DNA from: Acutalibacteraceae bacterium
GTDB lineage: Bacteria > Bacillota > Clostridia > Oscillospirales > Acutalibacteraceae
Assembly: GCA_045649125.1 (NCBI GenBank)
Contig: JAZRPH010000042.1
Span: 48-64,047 of the forward strand
DNA: 64,000 nt
Reading direction: 5' to 3'
Shown: positions 49,302 through 57,548 of the stretch, piece after piece
Position numbering within the stretch: the stretch's first letter is position 1
Layout: every line of letters starts with the position of its first letter
Program-made: the position numbers and the translations under genes
Notes under the pieces: generated by a model
Seen by the model: only the letters and a program-made list of their open reading frames with translations
Database searches by the model: none
What the model was told of the DNA's origin: nothing

Positions 49302-51926
49302 TTATTTCACCATCTTAGATACAATATCACAAACTGCATCAAGCGCCGTTTGTGCCTTAGCGGTTTCCTTACCGCCTGCCATTGCGCTGTCGGGTTTGCC
49401 GCCGCCGTTACCGCCGGCAATCTGCGCTACGGCGCGGACAATATTTCCTGCGTGAGCGCCGCTTTGAAGCGCGCCCTTGCCGCATCCTGCGCAGAAGGTA
49501 AGTTTTTCACCGTTTACTGCCGCAAATACGGCAACCGCCATATCATTCTCTGCCTTAACGGAATCTATCATCTTACGAAGTTCGTCAGGTGCTACACCGT
49601 CGAGCAGTGCGACAGCCACCTTAACTCCTTTTACATCGGTAGCATTTGCCATAATGTCGTTTATCTTACCGCCTGCAAGTTTTGCCTCAAGCGATTCAAT
49701 CTTTTTTGAGTCTTCCTTCATCTGCTTAACGACAGAGGCTGCTTTATTTGCAACATCCTCGATATTACCGCTTTTAAGCGTTGTGGCAGTATCGGTAAGA
49801 AGTTGTTTATAATGATTGATAAGTTTTACGGTATTAAAGCCTGTAACCGCCTCGATACGACGGGTGCCTGCCGCGATACCGCTTTCAGAAATGATACGGA
49901 ACAATCCTATCTTACCTGTGTTATCAACATGGGTGCCGCCGCAAAGTTCGGTTGAAAAATCACCTGCTTTTACAACACGGACAATCTCGCCGTACTTTTC
50001 GCCAAACAGCGCCATAGCACCAAGCGCTCTTGCCTCATCAATGGGCATTTCGCGGTTGTCAACGGGAATACCGTGAAGTATTGCGCTGTTTACAAGAAAT
50101 TCAACCTTGTCGATTTCGTCAGCGGTTAAAGCCGAGAAATGTGTAAAGTCAAAGCGTACTGTGTTTTCATTTACAAGCTGGCCTGCCTGCTCGACATGTG
50201 TGCCCAAAACCTGACGAAGCGCTGCCTGTAAAAGATGTGCCGCAGTGTGATTTCTTCTGATAGCCTCACGGCGCACAGCATCAATTTGTGCCGTGACGGT
50301 ATCACCCACCGAAATTGCGCCCTTTGAAACGGTACCTAAATGTGTAAATACTCCACCTGCAGTCTTTTTAGTGTCATTAACGGTAAATTCTACACCGCCA
50401 GCGGTAATTACACCGCTGTCACCTACCTGACCGCCGCTTTCTGCATAGCATACGGTTTTGTCAAGAACAACTATTGCCTTTTGGGTAGCGTTTACGGTTG
50501 ATACATGCTCACCCTCAACAACTATGTCAAGTACAGTAGCTTCACATTTATTTTCTGTATAACCCAAAAATTCAGTAGCGGGAACATTATCAAAATTTAT
50601 ACCGTCACTGCTCCAGCTTTCGCCGTCAGCCGCCTTGCGTGCGCTTCTTGCCTTTTCACGCTGCTGCTTCATAAGTGCGTTAAAGCCGTCCCCATCAACC
50701 GACATACCCTTTTCAGCAAGTATATCGCGTGTAAGGTCAAGCGGGAAACCATAGGTGTCGTAAAGACGGAATGCGTCCTCACCCGAAATCTGACCGCCCG
50801 ATTTCATAAGCTCGTTCAAAATATTAAGGCCTTGGTCAATGGTTTTTGAAAAACTTGCTTCCTCGTTTGCGATAACCTTTTTAATAAGTTCGCTCTTTTC
50901 ATTAAGTTCGGGATAGCCCGATGCGTTTTCAGCAATTACTGCCTCAACCATTTCAATAAGGAACGGACGGTTAATACCTATAAGTCTTCCGTGCCTTGCT
51001 GCACGGCGGATAATGCGGCGGAGGACATATCCTCTACCCTCGTTAGAGGGGATAATGCCGTCACTTATCATAAATGTAGCGGCGCGTGCGTGGTCGGTAA
51101 TTGCGCGGATGGAGATATCGACACTTTGTTCCTTGCCGTATTCCTTACCCGAAATTTCACACACTTTATCAAGAATGTTGCGAATGGTGTCAACCTCAAA
51201 CATATTGTCAACACCCTGAATTACACAAGCCAAGCGTTCAAGGCCCATACCCGTGTCGATGTTTTTATGCTCAAGCTCGGTATATGTGCCGTCGCCCATA
51301 TTATTAAATTGGGTGAAAACATTGTTCCAGATTTCCATATATCTGTCACATTCACAGCCTGGCTTACAATCGGGTGAGCCGCAACCGTACTTTTCACCGC
51401 GGTCAAAATAAATCTCACTGCAAGGGCCACAGGGACCTGTGCCGTGCTCCCAGAAGTTGTCAGCCTTACCAAGTTTTACAATATGTTCTTCGGGTACGCC
51501 GATAACATCGCGCCAAATGGCATAAGCCTCTTCATCCTGCTCATAAACAGAGGGCCACAACAGATTTTCGGGAATTTCCAAGTCCTTGGTTAAAAACTCC
51601 CAAGCCCACGGGATTGCCTCATTCTTAAAGTAATCCCCGAATGAGAAATTACCCAGCATCTCAAAATATGTACCGTGACGCGCGGTTATACCAACACGCT
51701 CAAGGTCAGGTGTACGGATACACTTCTGGCAGGTGGTGACACGGTTTCTTGGGGGTGTCACTTCACCCGTGAAATACTTTTTCATAGGTGCCATACCCGA
51801 ATTTATAAGAAGTAACGACTTGTCATTGTTTGGAACCAAGGAAAAGCTTCCAAGACGCAGGTGTCCTTTTGATTCAAAGAACGATAAATACCTTTCACGA
51901 AGTTCATTAAGTGACATCCATTTCAT
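49302..51926 (-). CDS. alaS: alanine--tRNA ligase
   Basis: FFESKGH, the editing-domain motifs HTAAHLL and CGGTHV, and a DHHA1-like C-terminus. The ATG at 51926 has an AAGGATG RBS. The 74-codon upstream extension in the ORF track covers the promoter. Confidence 0.95.
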   Translation of the reverse strand: MKWMSLNELRERYLSFFESKGHLRLGSFSLVPNNDKSLLLINSGMAPMKKYFTGEVTPPRNRVTTCQKCIRTPDLERVGITARHGTYFEMLGNFSFGDYFKNEAIPWAWEFLTKDLEIPENLLWPSVYEQDEEAYAIWRDVIGVPEEHIVKLGKADNFWEHGTGPCGPCSEIYFDRGEKYGCGSPDCKPGCECDRYMEIWNNVFTQFNNMGDGTYTELEHKNIDTGMGLERLACVIQGVDNMFEVDTIRNILDKVCEISGKEYGKEQSVDISIRAITDHARAATFMISDGIIPSNEGRGYVLRRIIRRAARHGRLIGINRPFLIEMVEAVIAENASGYPELNEKSELIKKVIANEEASFSKTIDQGLNILNELMKSGGQISGEDAFRLYDTYGFPLDLTRDILAEKGMSVDGDGFNALMKQQREKARSARKAADGESWSSDGINFDNVPATEFLGYTENKCEATVLDIVVEGEHVSTVNATQKAIVVLDKTVCYAESGGQVGDSGVITAGGVEFTVNDTKKTAGGVFTHLGTVSKGAISVGDTVTAQIDAVRREAIRRNHTAAHLLQAALRQVLGTHVEQAGQLVNENTVRFDFTHFSALTADEIDKVEFLVNSAILHGIPVDNREMPIDEARALGAMALFGEKYGEIVRVVKAGDFSTELCGGTHVDNTGKIGLFRIISESGIAAGTRRIEAVTGFNTVKLINHYKQLLTDTATTLKSGNIEDVANKAASVVKQMKEDSKKIESLEAKLAGGKINDIMANATDVKGVKVAVALLDGVAPDELRKMIDSVKAENDMAVAVFAAVNGEKLTFCAGCGKGALQSGAHAGNIVRAVAQIAGGNGGGKPDSAMAGGKETAKAQTALDAVCDIVSKMVK

Positions 51927-51965
51927 AATTATTACATCCTTAAAATAAAATAAACATACAAAATT

Positions 51966-51994
51966 ATTATATACCTGACAAGGTGTTTTGTCAA
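51966..51994 (-). promoter_or_regulatory. consensus sigma-A promoter of alaS
   Basis: Minus strand reads TTGACA, a 17-nt spacer, then TATAAT. The leader to the ATG is only about 35 nt. Confidence 0.7.
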
Positions 51995-52082
51995 CCGCAC
52001 CAAAGCGGACAAATCGGTGGTTTTTAAACTTTTTAGTGACTTTTTTGTCGAAATGTGTTAATATAACGCTTGGGTGATAATT

Positions 52083-52835
52083 ATGTTTTTTATGACTAAG
52101 GAAACCATTCATGAGGGTGTTGGCTTCAGCACCTTTGGCGCAACCCATTTAATCTGGCTTGGTGTATTTATTGCATTATGTGCGGTGTGCGCTGTTGTCT
52201 ATAGAAAGTTAAGTGCAAAAGGCCGAAATATTATGCGTATATGTATGGGAACTGCAGTTATATTATTTGAAACCGTTAAAAATATAGTCGCAGCGGCAAT
52301 TGGTGACTTTGGCATAGGCCACCTCCCCTTTCACCTTTGCGGTATAAGTGTTTTGCTTATTACATTCAGCATCTTCAAACGCGTTAAAACGGTTGAAAAC
52401 TTTTTATACTACATCGGAATACCAGGGGCAATGTTGGCGTTACTTTTCCCAAACTGGACTGTGCTACCTTGTAATAACTTCTTCCATCAGCACAGCTTTA
52501 TAATACATATGCTATTAGTACTGTACCCCTTTGTGCTTGTCACAGGCGGCGATATCAAGCCCGATATAAAATCAATGCCAAAATGCATATTGTTGCTTGT
52601 TGGTATGGCAATACCGATATACTTTATAAACCTCGCCTTTGACACAAACTTTATGTTTTTGATGAACCCCGAAACAGGTAACCCCTTGGGACTTTTTGAA
52701 AAATACCTTGGCAGTCACCTTTGGGGATTTCCGATTTTACTACCCATTGTAATGTTTATAATGTATCTGCCTGTTACAATTTCAAATAAAGTTTATGAAA
52801 GGCGCAAAGAAGAAAAAGAAACAGTTACGGTATAA
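52083..52835 (+). CDS. YwaF/TIGR02206-like integral membrane protein
   Basis: Multi-TM protein with FGATHLIWLGVFIALCAV and GHLPFHLCG patterns. GGGTGA RBS before the ATG at 52083. Confidence 0.5.
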   Translation: MFFMTKETIHEGVGFSTFGATHLIWLGVFIALCAVCAVVYRKLSAKGRNIMRICMGTAVILFETVKNIVAAAIGDFGIGHLPFHLCGISVLLITFSIFKRVKTVENFLYYIGIPGAMLALLFPNWTVLPCNNFFHQHSFIIHMLLVLYPFVLVTGGDIKPDIKSMPKCILLLVGMAIPIYFINLAFDTNFMFLMNPETGNPLGLFEKYLGSHLWGFPILLPIVMFIMYLPVTISNKVYERRKEEKETVTV

Positions 52836-52842
52836 AACACAA

Positions 52843-52868
52843 GGTCTTGAAGAAAAATCTTCAAGTCC
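52843..52868. repeat. terminator hairpin, left copy of a direct repeat flanking the islet
   Basis: GGTCTTGAAGAAAAATCTTCAAGTCC followed by T5. Near-identical to 53704..53730, and the upstream AAACA(A)CAA(A)GG context is also shared. Confidence 0.8.
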
Positions 52869-52904
52869 TTTTTACTGCAAATTTAAAATTGAATCGTCTC
52901 TTAA

Positions 52905-52985
52905 TGCACCGCAAGGTGCAATTCATGCGTAATTTCACGCAATTCATGAAATCATAGATTTCAATTCATGCCGCAAGGCAATTCG
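52905..52985. repeat. phased CAATTCATG repeats with two GCAA-loop mini-hairpins
   Basis: CAATTCATG at 52919, 52940 and 52962, and CAATTCG at 52979 (spacing 21, 22 and 17 nt). TGCACC-GCAA-GGTGCA at 52905..52920 and TGCC-GCAA-GGCA at 52969..52980. Confidence 0.6.
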
Positions 52986-53046
52986 TTACAAATAATTACG
53001 GATTATTTTTTAATAAAAGCAAAGCGCAACTCCTGTCTTGCATTAT

Positions 53047-53208
53047 TTATAGTCTTTTTGCTATTAAGTTAGAGGTAATTTTTATAAATTCCTTTACCGA
53101 GCAATCCAAGCCTGCATAATCTATTGCTGCTTGCATTTCGTTCTCAATTTCCTTTACAGTAACATTTTCAGTAAGTGCTAACTGCCTTAACAATTTTTTA
53201 TAAGTCAT
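53047..53208 (-). CDS. 53-aa hypothetical protein (below the ORF-track cutoff)
   Basis: Hand translation: MTYKKLLRQLALTENVTVKEIENEMQAAIDYAGLDCSVKEFIKITSNLIAKRL. Strong GGGAGGTG RBS. Helical, vaguely like small Spo0A-C-terminal-like phage/element proteins (weak). Confidence 0.45.
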   Translation of the reverse strand: MTYKKLLRQLALTENVTVKEIENEMQAAIDYAGLDCSVKEFIKITSNLIAKRL

Positions 53209-53350
53209 TTTCTCACCTCCCTTTCGTATTATACTATATATAGTCTATCGAAATTTGTCATAATTTGTTACCTGTAAAAATTTTTTATATATTTATATAA
53301 ATAAAAGGCTTTAAGTTATAACAACCCAAGCCTTTAAAATTTATTTGTAA

Positions 53351-53593
53351 TTATTTTATTTCTTGTTCTAATTTTTTGAAATAATCAGTATCAAAAAATT
53401 CAGTTATTGTAATTCCCAGTCCATCACATAATTTTTTAATCGTTACAACGCCTGGATTTTTACTTTGATCATACATTAATGATTTTACTGTTGTATATGG
53501 TACGCCCGATACACTTGCTAACTTGCAAAAATTTAAATCTTTTTGATAACACAATTCACCTAATCTTTTCTTCACCGCATCTGTAATATTCAT
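53351..53593 (-). CDS. XRE-family helix-turn-helix transcriptional regulator
   Basis: 80 aa. HTH_3-like: LNFCKLASVSGVPYTTVKSLMYDQSKNPGVVTIKKLCDGLGITITEFF. Confidence 0.85.
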   Translation of the reverse strand: MNITDAVKKRLGELCYQKDLNFCKLASVSGVPYTTVKSLMYDQSKNPGVVTIKKLCDGLGITITEFFDTDYFKKLEQEIK

Positions 53594-53641
53594 TCAATCA
53601 CTCCTGACATAATCATTGTATGATTTTTATCAAAAGTTGTT

Positions 53642-53677
53642 AGACTATAAATTATACCATATTACTATTTATAGTCT
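53642..53677. promoter_or_regulatory. 11-bp perfect inverted repeat overlapping the XRE gene promoter (operator)
   Basis: AGACTATAAAT-N14-ATTTATAGTCT. The spacer carries TATAAT on the minus strand. The TATAGTCT half-site recurs at 53048 and 53239. Confidence 0.6.
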
Positions 53678-53703
53678 TTATTATGCTGTGTTCAAACAAC
53701 AAA

Positions 53704-53730
53704 GGACTTGAAGAAAAAATCTTCAAGTCC
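53704..53730. repeat. hairpin, right copy of the direct repeat flanking the islet
   Basis: GGACTTGAAGAAAAAATCTTCAAGTCC. Confidence 0.8.
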
Positions 53731-53758
53731 TAAAATTTTGCATTAAGGAGACAAATAT

Positions 53759-53792
53759 AAAAAAGCAACCGAATTTTATCGGTTGCTTTTTT
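53759..53792. terminator. terminator after the large surface-protein gene
   Basis: AAAAGCAACCGA-ATTTTA-TCGGTTGCTTTT flanked by A and T runs. Confidence 0.8.
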
Positions 53793-53839
53793 GTGTTGTG
53801 GCGAGTTGTACTATCAGGTACAACTGCAAATTTATTAAG

Positions 53840-56800
53840 TTACGACCAGATACCCGAAGAATTTATATATCCGCCGCTGATGTAGATGTTGGTTGCCATA
53901 GCGCCGCTAGAGTACATATAGTACCATGTGCCGCCGAGATTAAGCCAACCAGTGTGCATAGCACCGCTTGAAGCGAAGTAGTACCAAGTGCCACCAACTT
54001 GCTGCCAACCGGTCTGCATAGCGCCGCTTGAAGCGAAGTAGTACCATGTACCGCTTACCTGCTTCCAGCCAGTCTGCATCGCACCGCTTGAAGCAAAGTA
54101 ATACCATGTGCCACCAACTTGCTGCCAACCGGTCTGCATTGCGCCGCTTGAAGCGAAGTAGTACCAAGTGCCGCTTACCTGCTTCCAGCCGGTCTGCATA
54201 GCACCGCTTGAAGCAAAGTAATACCATGTACCGCTTACCTGCTTCCAGCCGGTACACATTACACCGTCTGCATTTAAGTAGTACCATGTGCCGCCGTCTT
54301 TTAACCAACCGGTCTGCATTGCGCCGTTTGCATCACAGTAATACCATGTGCCACGGTCATTTACCCAACCGGTCTGCATTGCGCCGCTTGATGCAAAGTA
54401 GTACCATGTACCACCTACCTGCTTCCATCCGGTACACATTATTCCGTTTGCATCAAAGTAGTACCAAGTACCAAGGTTGAGCCAATTGGACTTTATTAAT
54501 ACTCCGTCTTTATAGTATGACCAAGTACCGTCAGCATTATCTACCCATCCGTCAGCAACCACTTCTCTGTCGCCGCATTCACAGGTTCCGTCAACATATT
54601 CATGGTCAGGTGCTGCGGGAAGTTCGTCAACAAGTTCGTCACCTATAAGATACTTGTCACACGCATCACAGTAACTGTAAGCGATATCTTCTTTTGCTTC
54701 ACAGTTAGATTCAACAGCACCATCGATATAATCGTGGTCAGGTGCTGCGGGAAGTTCGTCAACAAGTTCGTCACCTATGAGATATTTATCGCATATATCG
54801 CAATGTTTGTATGAAATATCATCCTTAGCTGTACACAAAGCCTCAACAACACCGTCGGTGTAATCGTGCTCGTGTTCAGAGTCCACAATGCTAATGGTCG
54901 CTGTATTTTTAATGCAGGTTACTAACTTGTTATCACCGTTTGCTACCAGTTCAAGAGTAAAATCAAGTGTGCCTGCTGCTTCACTGTTTCTATCAGTGTG
55001 AAGCGTTACAGTCTTTTCGGTCTCGCCGTCAGCAAAGGTTACTACTGTATTCTCTGTCAAACCGGTTTTATCCTGAACTATGGCTGTAAGTGTGCCCTTG
55101 CTGCCGCCCTTACGAACTACCTTAACATCAAAATACGAATCTTCACCTACGGTATATGTATCCTGCTCAAATTGAAGTGTTCCCTCTTCACCGTTACTGA
55201 GAGCATACAGTCCGTCTATTCGTGCGCTACCGGAAACAACCTCTACCTTAATGGTGTGTTCGCCATCACTAAGTGTATCCGTTTCAAAGATGCAGGCATC
55301 CTTTTTAGTTGATATATTATTTAGTAATATTTCGGTTAATTTTTCACCGACTATTTCGTGTCCGGATGGATTTGGATGAAGTCCGTCAAATAAATGTTGT
55401 GACAAATTAGGGGTGTTTTCATCTAAACCTAAGCTAAGACCGTCTACTACATAAAATCCATACTTTTCGCCTGCGATTTCAGTTATTGCATTGCGGAATT
55501 CTTGGAGTGTGTTACCGTTTTCATTTACAGTTCTAACAAAGTAAATTGGTGTGATAAATACAATTGTTTTTCCGCTGTATTTCTGTTTAAGGCCTTCACA
55601 CAAAATGTTAAGCGCACCGTAAAATGTATTTTGATCTGTACTTTCGGGTGTGCCCAACTCTACATCGCAATCAAAATCATTAACTCCGCCTAAAACACAC
55701 ACTAAATCAGCGTTATCAATCATATTGACATAACGGTTTGAAAAAGCTGTATCCGCAGGATCGGCAGGTTGAACAGCAATAGTTGTACCCGCTATACCAT
55801 AATTATAAATGCCAAGGCCAAACGCTCTGCCTACAATATCGCAATATTTTACCGGCGTAGTCTGATGAGCACCGCCAGTAGTAGGTGTATATAGTCCCTG
55901 TGTGATTGAGTCGCCTAAAAAGGCAGCTTTTTTGCCGTTCCAATAATTCAAATTATCTTCACTACTTGCTGCTATATCGCTGCTATTGAATGTAACAGTC
56001 TCTGCCTCACCGCCGTCAACGCTTACAGATAAAACAGTATTCCTTGAATACATTCCGCCGGTAATCCAAGCGTATGAGCCATCGAAAGTAACTTCCAATG
56101 CATCACCGGGAGCACCAACTAAATAGCTACCGCCTATAGCACTTTCATCAGCAACAGTGGACCAATCGTCAGCCTTGAACGAATCGGTGTTTGCACTGTC
56201 AATAAGAGTTGTGGAGCCATCCCCGCGAGTATATCCACAGACCGTACACGTGATGTTAACATAGCTGTGCTCATCCATATCCATTGGGATTACCGTGCAA
56301 TCTTCACCTGTACACTTGTAAAAGTGGCCCTGTTCACCAACAGCTACACACTTAATGTTGTGGAACACCGCAAGGTCGGGAATGCTATCTGCCACAGCAA
56401 CAAAGTCACTGCCCCAGCCAAGTGCGTTTGCGGTTGTTATTGCAGCGGCACCCTTAAGGTTTTCTACATTAACACCGAAAGTTGCCCCTGTGTATGCGTA
56501 ATCTGCGGGTTTAGCGCCTACGGTGTATAAATTTCGGAATGATACATAGGGATAAACCGTTGAATTACCAAGTGCTTCTGCGTTGGAAGCGAACTGAACA
56601 TTGTCTGCCAAAATCATATTCGACAACTGTGTTGTTGTATTACCTGCCCAGAAACTATATAAGCCGAATACTACACCGTGTCTTGCAGCAGCATCAGTTG
56701 TTGCATTACAGGTTATTGTATTATTTGCAGTAACAATATTGCTTATTTGACATCTCGGTGCAACATTAGCAAGAACTTGAGCATAACCCATAATTGCCGC

Positions 56801-57487
56801 AGCATTATAATCTCTTACCGTAGAATTTACAACAGATACATTGTTTATCTTAATATTGGTTGCTGTATTTGTTTTGTAAGTACCAATAACAACTGCGCTA
56901 CCAAACTCGCCTCTTGTATCCTCACTGTAAATATAAGCATTCTGGAACTTAACGTTTTCTACCGTTACATCTTGGTTTTCTACATACGGTATAAAGCCGA
57001 GATGAGCATGATAGTCACCTTTACAGTAAAGGCCGACGATTGTAGCACCGTTACCGTCAAAGTGACCGCTGAATGGCACTGTACGGATTGTGTTCGTCTC
57101 ATAGGTGCTATAAAGATGCCACTTGTTAGGAGTATTAGCCGTATTTTCAAAGTATGCGACAGCCTCACTCTTACTCATACCGTCAACAGCGTTAAGCACA
57201 AACTTATCTATGCCGTCGGCTACCTTATAGTATTTACCATTACCGCTGCTTGATACCATTCCGTAAAGCTCGGCTGCGGTTGAGATTATGTAGGGGTTAG
57301 TCGCGGTACCTGCTTCAGCAGTCTCATCTGCTACTGCAAACTCGGTATCGGAACTACCGTCCCATACACTTGTAACAGTACCGGCTGAAACCACAAAAGC
57401 ACCGGTAAAAAGCGATGCTGCCAATACAGAAAATGCCAAGATAATTGTAAGTATGGCTTTTCCGCATTTTAACAAATTGATTTTCAT
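53840..57487 (-). CDS. 1215-aa secreted multidomain protein: beta-helix/GLUG-like N-region, CBM-like module, SGNH/GDSL hydrolase, Calx-beta-like module, Cys-rich duplicated module, about 11 cell-wall-binding (CW_binding_1) repeats
   Basis: Signal peptide MKINLLKCGKAILTIILAFSVLAASLFTGAFVVSA. GTATNPYIISTAAEL and HFDGNGATIVGLY patterns. GDSL block AAFLGDSITQG and DGLHPNPSGH. C-terminal WKQVSGTWYYFASSGAMQTG-type 20-aa repeats. Confidence 0.8.
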   Translation of the reverse strand: MKINLLKCGKAILTIILAFSVLAASLFTGAFVVSAGTVTSVWDGSSDTEFAVADETAEAGTATNPYIISTAAELYGMVSSSGNGKYYKVADGIDKFVLNAVDGMSKSEAVAYFENTANTPNKWHLYSTYETNTIRTVPFSGHFDGNGATIVGLYCKGDYHAHLGFIPYVENQDVTVENVKFQNAYIYSEDTRGEFGSAVVIGTYKTNTATNIKINNVSVVNSTVRDYNAAAIMGYAQVLANVAPRCQISNIVTANNTITCNATTDAAARHGVVFGLYSFWAGNTTTQLSNMILADNVQFASNAEALGNSTVYPYVSFRNLYTVGAKPADYAYTGATFGVNVENLKGAAAITTANALGWGSDFVAVADSIPDLAVFHNIKCVAVGEQGHFYKCTGEDCTVIPMDMDEHSYVNITCTVCGYTRGDGSTTLIDSANTDSFKADDWSTVADESAIGGSYLVGAPGDALEVTFDGSYAWITGGMYSRNTVLSVSVDGGEAETVTFNSSDIAASSEDNLNYWNGKKAAFLGDSITQGLYTPTTGGAHQTTPVKYCDIVGRAFGLGIYNYGIAGTTIAVQPADPADTAFSNRYVNMIDNADLVCVLGGVNDFDCDVELGTPESTDQNTFYGALNILCEGLKQKYSGKTIVFITPIYFVRTVNENGNTLQEFRNAITEIAGEKYGFYVVDGLSLGLDENTPNLSQHLFDGLHPNPSGHEIVGEKLTEILLNNISTKKDACIFETDTLSDGEHTIKVEVVSGSARIDGLYALSNGEEGTLQFEQDTYTVGEDSYFDVKVVRKGGSKGTLTAIVQDKTGLTENTVVTFADGETEKTVTLHTDRNSEAAGTLDFTLELVANGDNKLVTCIKNTATISIVDSEHEHDYTDGVVEALCTAKDDISYKHCDICDKYLIGDELVDELPAAPDHDYIDGAVESNCEAKEDIAYSYCDACDKYLIGDELVDELPAAPDHEYVDGTCECGDREVVADGWVDNADGTWSYYKDGVLIKSNWLNLGTWYYFDANGIMCTGWKQVGGTWYYFASSGAMQTGWVNDRGTWYYCDANGAMQTGWLKDGGTWYYLNADGVMCTGWKQVSGTWYYFASSGAMQTGWKQVSGTWYYFASSGAMQTGWQQVGGTWYYFASSGAMQTGWKQVSGTWYYFASSGAMQTGWQQVGGTWYYFASSGAMHTGWLNLGGTWYYMYSSGAMATNIYISGGYINSSGIWS
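53843..54545. repeat. 60-nt tandem coding repeats (cell-wall-binding repeats), with a near-identical 120-nt super-repeat core
   Basis: Alternating WKQVSG / WQQVGG units are almost identical at the DNA level between about 53950 and 54260. Confidence 0.85.
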
Positions 57488-57548
57488 AAAAACTGTTCCT
57501 TTCCCTATAGTATAGGATTGACGACGGTGGTGAAAATTTATCGCCAAA

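Noticed and set aside
51927-52148. 74-codon N-terminal extension of alaS in the ORF track. There are similar extensions for glgA, uppP, truB, murB, pfkA, infB, nusA, rimP, ylmC and the two secreted enzymes.
   Set aside because: Internal ATG or GTG codons with proper RBS spacing give N-termini matching the families. The extensions run through promoters, terminators or neighbouring genes.
53843-54545. Regular 60-nt periodic repeats considered as a possible CRISPR array or noncoding satellite.
   Set aside because: The repeats are in frame within a long ORF and encode classical 20-aa cell-wall-binding repeats. There are no unique spacers and no cas genes.
56678-57253. 191-aa ORF antisense to the surface-protein gene. 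The same applies to 58068..58643 and 58896..59495 in the fucosidase gene, 49164..49709 and 50991..51377 in alaS, and similar cases.
   Set aside because: All are shadow ORFs within long, motif-supported genes on the other strand.
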